Source of the DNA: Mobula hypostoma | Lineage: Eukaryota | Direction: 5' to 3' | Length of the DNA stretch: 64,000 bases | NCBI RefSeq assembly: GCF_963921235.1 | Contig: NC_086097.1 | Span: 138,014,001 to 138,078,000 of the forward strand | Position numbers and translations under genes: made by a program | The notes under the pieces: model-generated | The model's input: only the letters and a program-made list of their open reading frames with translations | Database searches by the model: none | What the model was told of the DNA's origin: nothing | Shown: in pieces, positions 62,361 to 64,000 of the stretch | Layout of the letters: every line of letters starts with the position of its first letter | Position numbering within the stretch: position 1 is the first letter of the stretch

Positions 62361-63824
62361 GAGCAGTGAGTCTCACATCAGTTGTAGGGAAATTGCTGGA
62401 GAAAATTATTAGGGATAGGATATATGAGCATTTGAAACCCATGGGCCTAACTAGGGAGGGCCAGCATGGCTTTGTGCGCGGCAGGTCATGTCTTACCAAC
62501 CTGATTGAGTTTTTTGACAAGGTGACGAGAGAGATTGATGAGGGTAAGGCAGTGGATGATGTCTACATGGATTTTAGTGAGGCGTTTGACAAAGTCCCAC
62601 ATAGGAGGTTAATCCAGAAGAGTAAGATGCATGGGGTCCATGACAAATTGGCTGTTTGGATTCAGAACTGGCTTGCGTATAGAAGACAGAGGGTACTGGT
62701 TAGAGGGACTTATTCGAGCTGGAGGTCTGTAATTAGAGGAGTTCTGCAAGGATTTGAACTGGGATCTCTGCTGTTTGTGATGTATATAAATGACCTGGAT
62801 GAAAATGTAGATGGGTGGGTTATTAAATTTGCAGATGATACCAAGATTGATGGAGTTGTGGACAGTGCAGAAGACTGGCAAAGAATACAGCACAATGTAG
62901 ACCAGTTGCAGATATGGGCTGAGAAATGGCAGATGGCGTTTAACCCAGATACATGTGAGGTGTTGCACCTTGGTAGGGCAAGTGCAATGAGACAGTACAC
63001 TGTTCAGGGCAAGATCCCTAACAGTGTTGCTGAGCAGAGAGATCTTGGGGTCCAAGTTCGTACTCCTTGAAACTGGCTACACAGGTTGATAAGGTGGTTA
63101 AGAAGGCTATGGAATACTTGCTTTTATTAGTCGAGGGACTGAGTTCAAAAGTCAGGAAGTTATGTTGCAAATTTATAAAACTCTGGTCGCCCCACTGTAG
63201 GATGGATGTTGAGGCATTGGAGACGGTGCAGAAGAGGTTTACCAGGATGCTGCCTGGTTTAGAGGACATGTGCTATCATGAGAGGCAGGATAAACTTGGG
63301 TTGTTTTCTCTGGAGCATCGGAGACCTGAAAGAGGTTTACAAGATTATGAGAGGCATAGACAGAGTGGACAGAGAGTATCTGTTTCCCAGGGTTGAATTG
63401 CCTAATACCAGAGGGCATGTATTGAAGGTGAGAGGGGGTAGGCTCAAGCAGGGTGTGAGGGGCAAGTATTTTACTTAGAGAGTTGTGGATGCCTGGAATG
63501 CTCTGCCTGGTATGGTGGGAGACGCAAATACATCAGAGGCTTTGAAGAGATGTTTGGATAGGCACTTGGATGTAAGGAAGATGGAGGGGTAGGGACATGG
63601 TGTAAGTAGGAGGGATTGGTAATTTTGAACTGCTTTTGGTTGGTTCTTTAGTTTTCAGAATGGCCTGATCCTGTGCTGTCCCGTTCTGTGTTCTATGTTC
63701 TAATTTCCATGGAATTACGTTCTTTTCCCTGCTTTGATGTGACGGAGAGAGATGTTGCAGAGGCAGGAATTCTCATCCAGAGAAAGAACAAAGAAAGATC
63801 TGCCGCTATTCAACACTAAACACA

Positions 63825-64000
63825 CATAAGTGGATAGTAAAAGTTTTTTCAAGTATGTTAAAGATAAAAGAGAAATGAGAGTGGGTATAGGATTGCTAAA
63901 AAATGAGGCAGGAGAAATAATAACAGGGGACAAGGAAATGTCTGATGAACTAAATGAGTATTTTGGGTCAGTCTTCATTGTGGAAGACATTAGCAGTATG
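63825..64000 (+). mobile_element. CR1 ORF2 fragment running off the window
   Basis: SKSFFKYVKDKRE...ELNEYFGSVFIVED. Confidence 0.85.

Larger units (their letters stand above)
57170..63702 (+). mobile_element. CR1 LINE (ORF1 esterase and ORF2) split by a PLE (58891-59571) and an antisense CR1 (59915-62360)
   Basis: VYCLPGA.V.DV, VHIGTND, DGLHLNWRG, GDFNFP. EVLNV resumes as LNVYFASVFT after the PLE; GNYRP (59914) resumes as VSLTSVVGK (62366); KFADD; tail ttctgtgttctatgttcta. Confidence 0.92.

Noticed and set aside
31284..64000. Angiopoietin exon 1 (signal peptide, C.YTF, TQWL.K)
   Set aside because: Searched by eye on the minus strand and not found; probably beyond the window end, but a diverged exon could have been missed.

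Overview
Vertebrate nuclear DNA, most likely a cartilaginous fish (ray/shark), inferred from its repeats: V-SINEs of the HE1 type, Deu-domain SINEs, many CR1 LINEs and Penelope-like elements. The only host gene found is an angiopoietin (TIE ligand, ANGPT1/2/4 family) on the minus strand. Five internal coding exons can be read and join in frame: 31281-31126, 28890-28769, 21214-20982, 11463-11354 and 3347-3246, equivalent to exons 2-6. Exon 1 and exons 7 onward were not found and probably lie outside the window. The exon 5 donor is non-canonical GC. The rest is intron-like DNA packed with transposable elements, many of them nested: CR1, RTE, Rex1/Babar, an R4/Dong fragment in a (TAA)n tract, a deleted Gypsy element, a hAT-like derivative, SINEs and Penelope-like elements (PLEs). 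The PLE ends carry minimal hammerhead ribozyme motifs, several on the angiopoietin sense strand, and one PLE insertion is a near-perfect 220-bp inverted repeat with a 14-bp target-site duplication. No prokaryotic system, CRISPR array, rRNA gene or genuine tRNA gene was seen. TE boundaries without a TSD are approximate, and comparisons with human proteins are from memory rather than computed.
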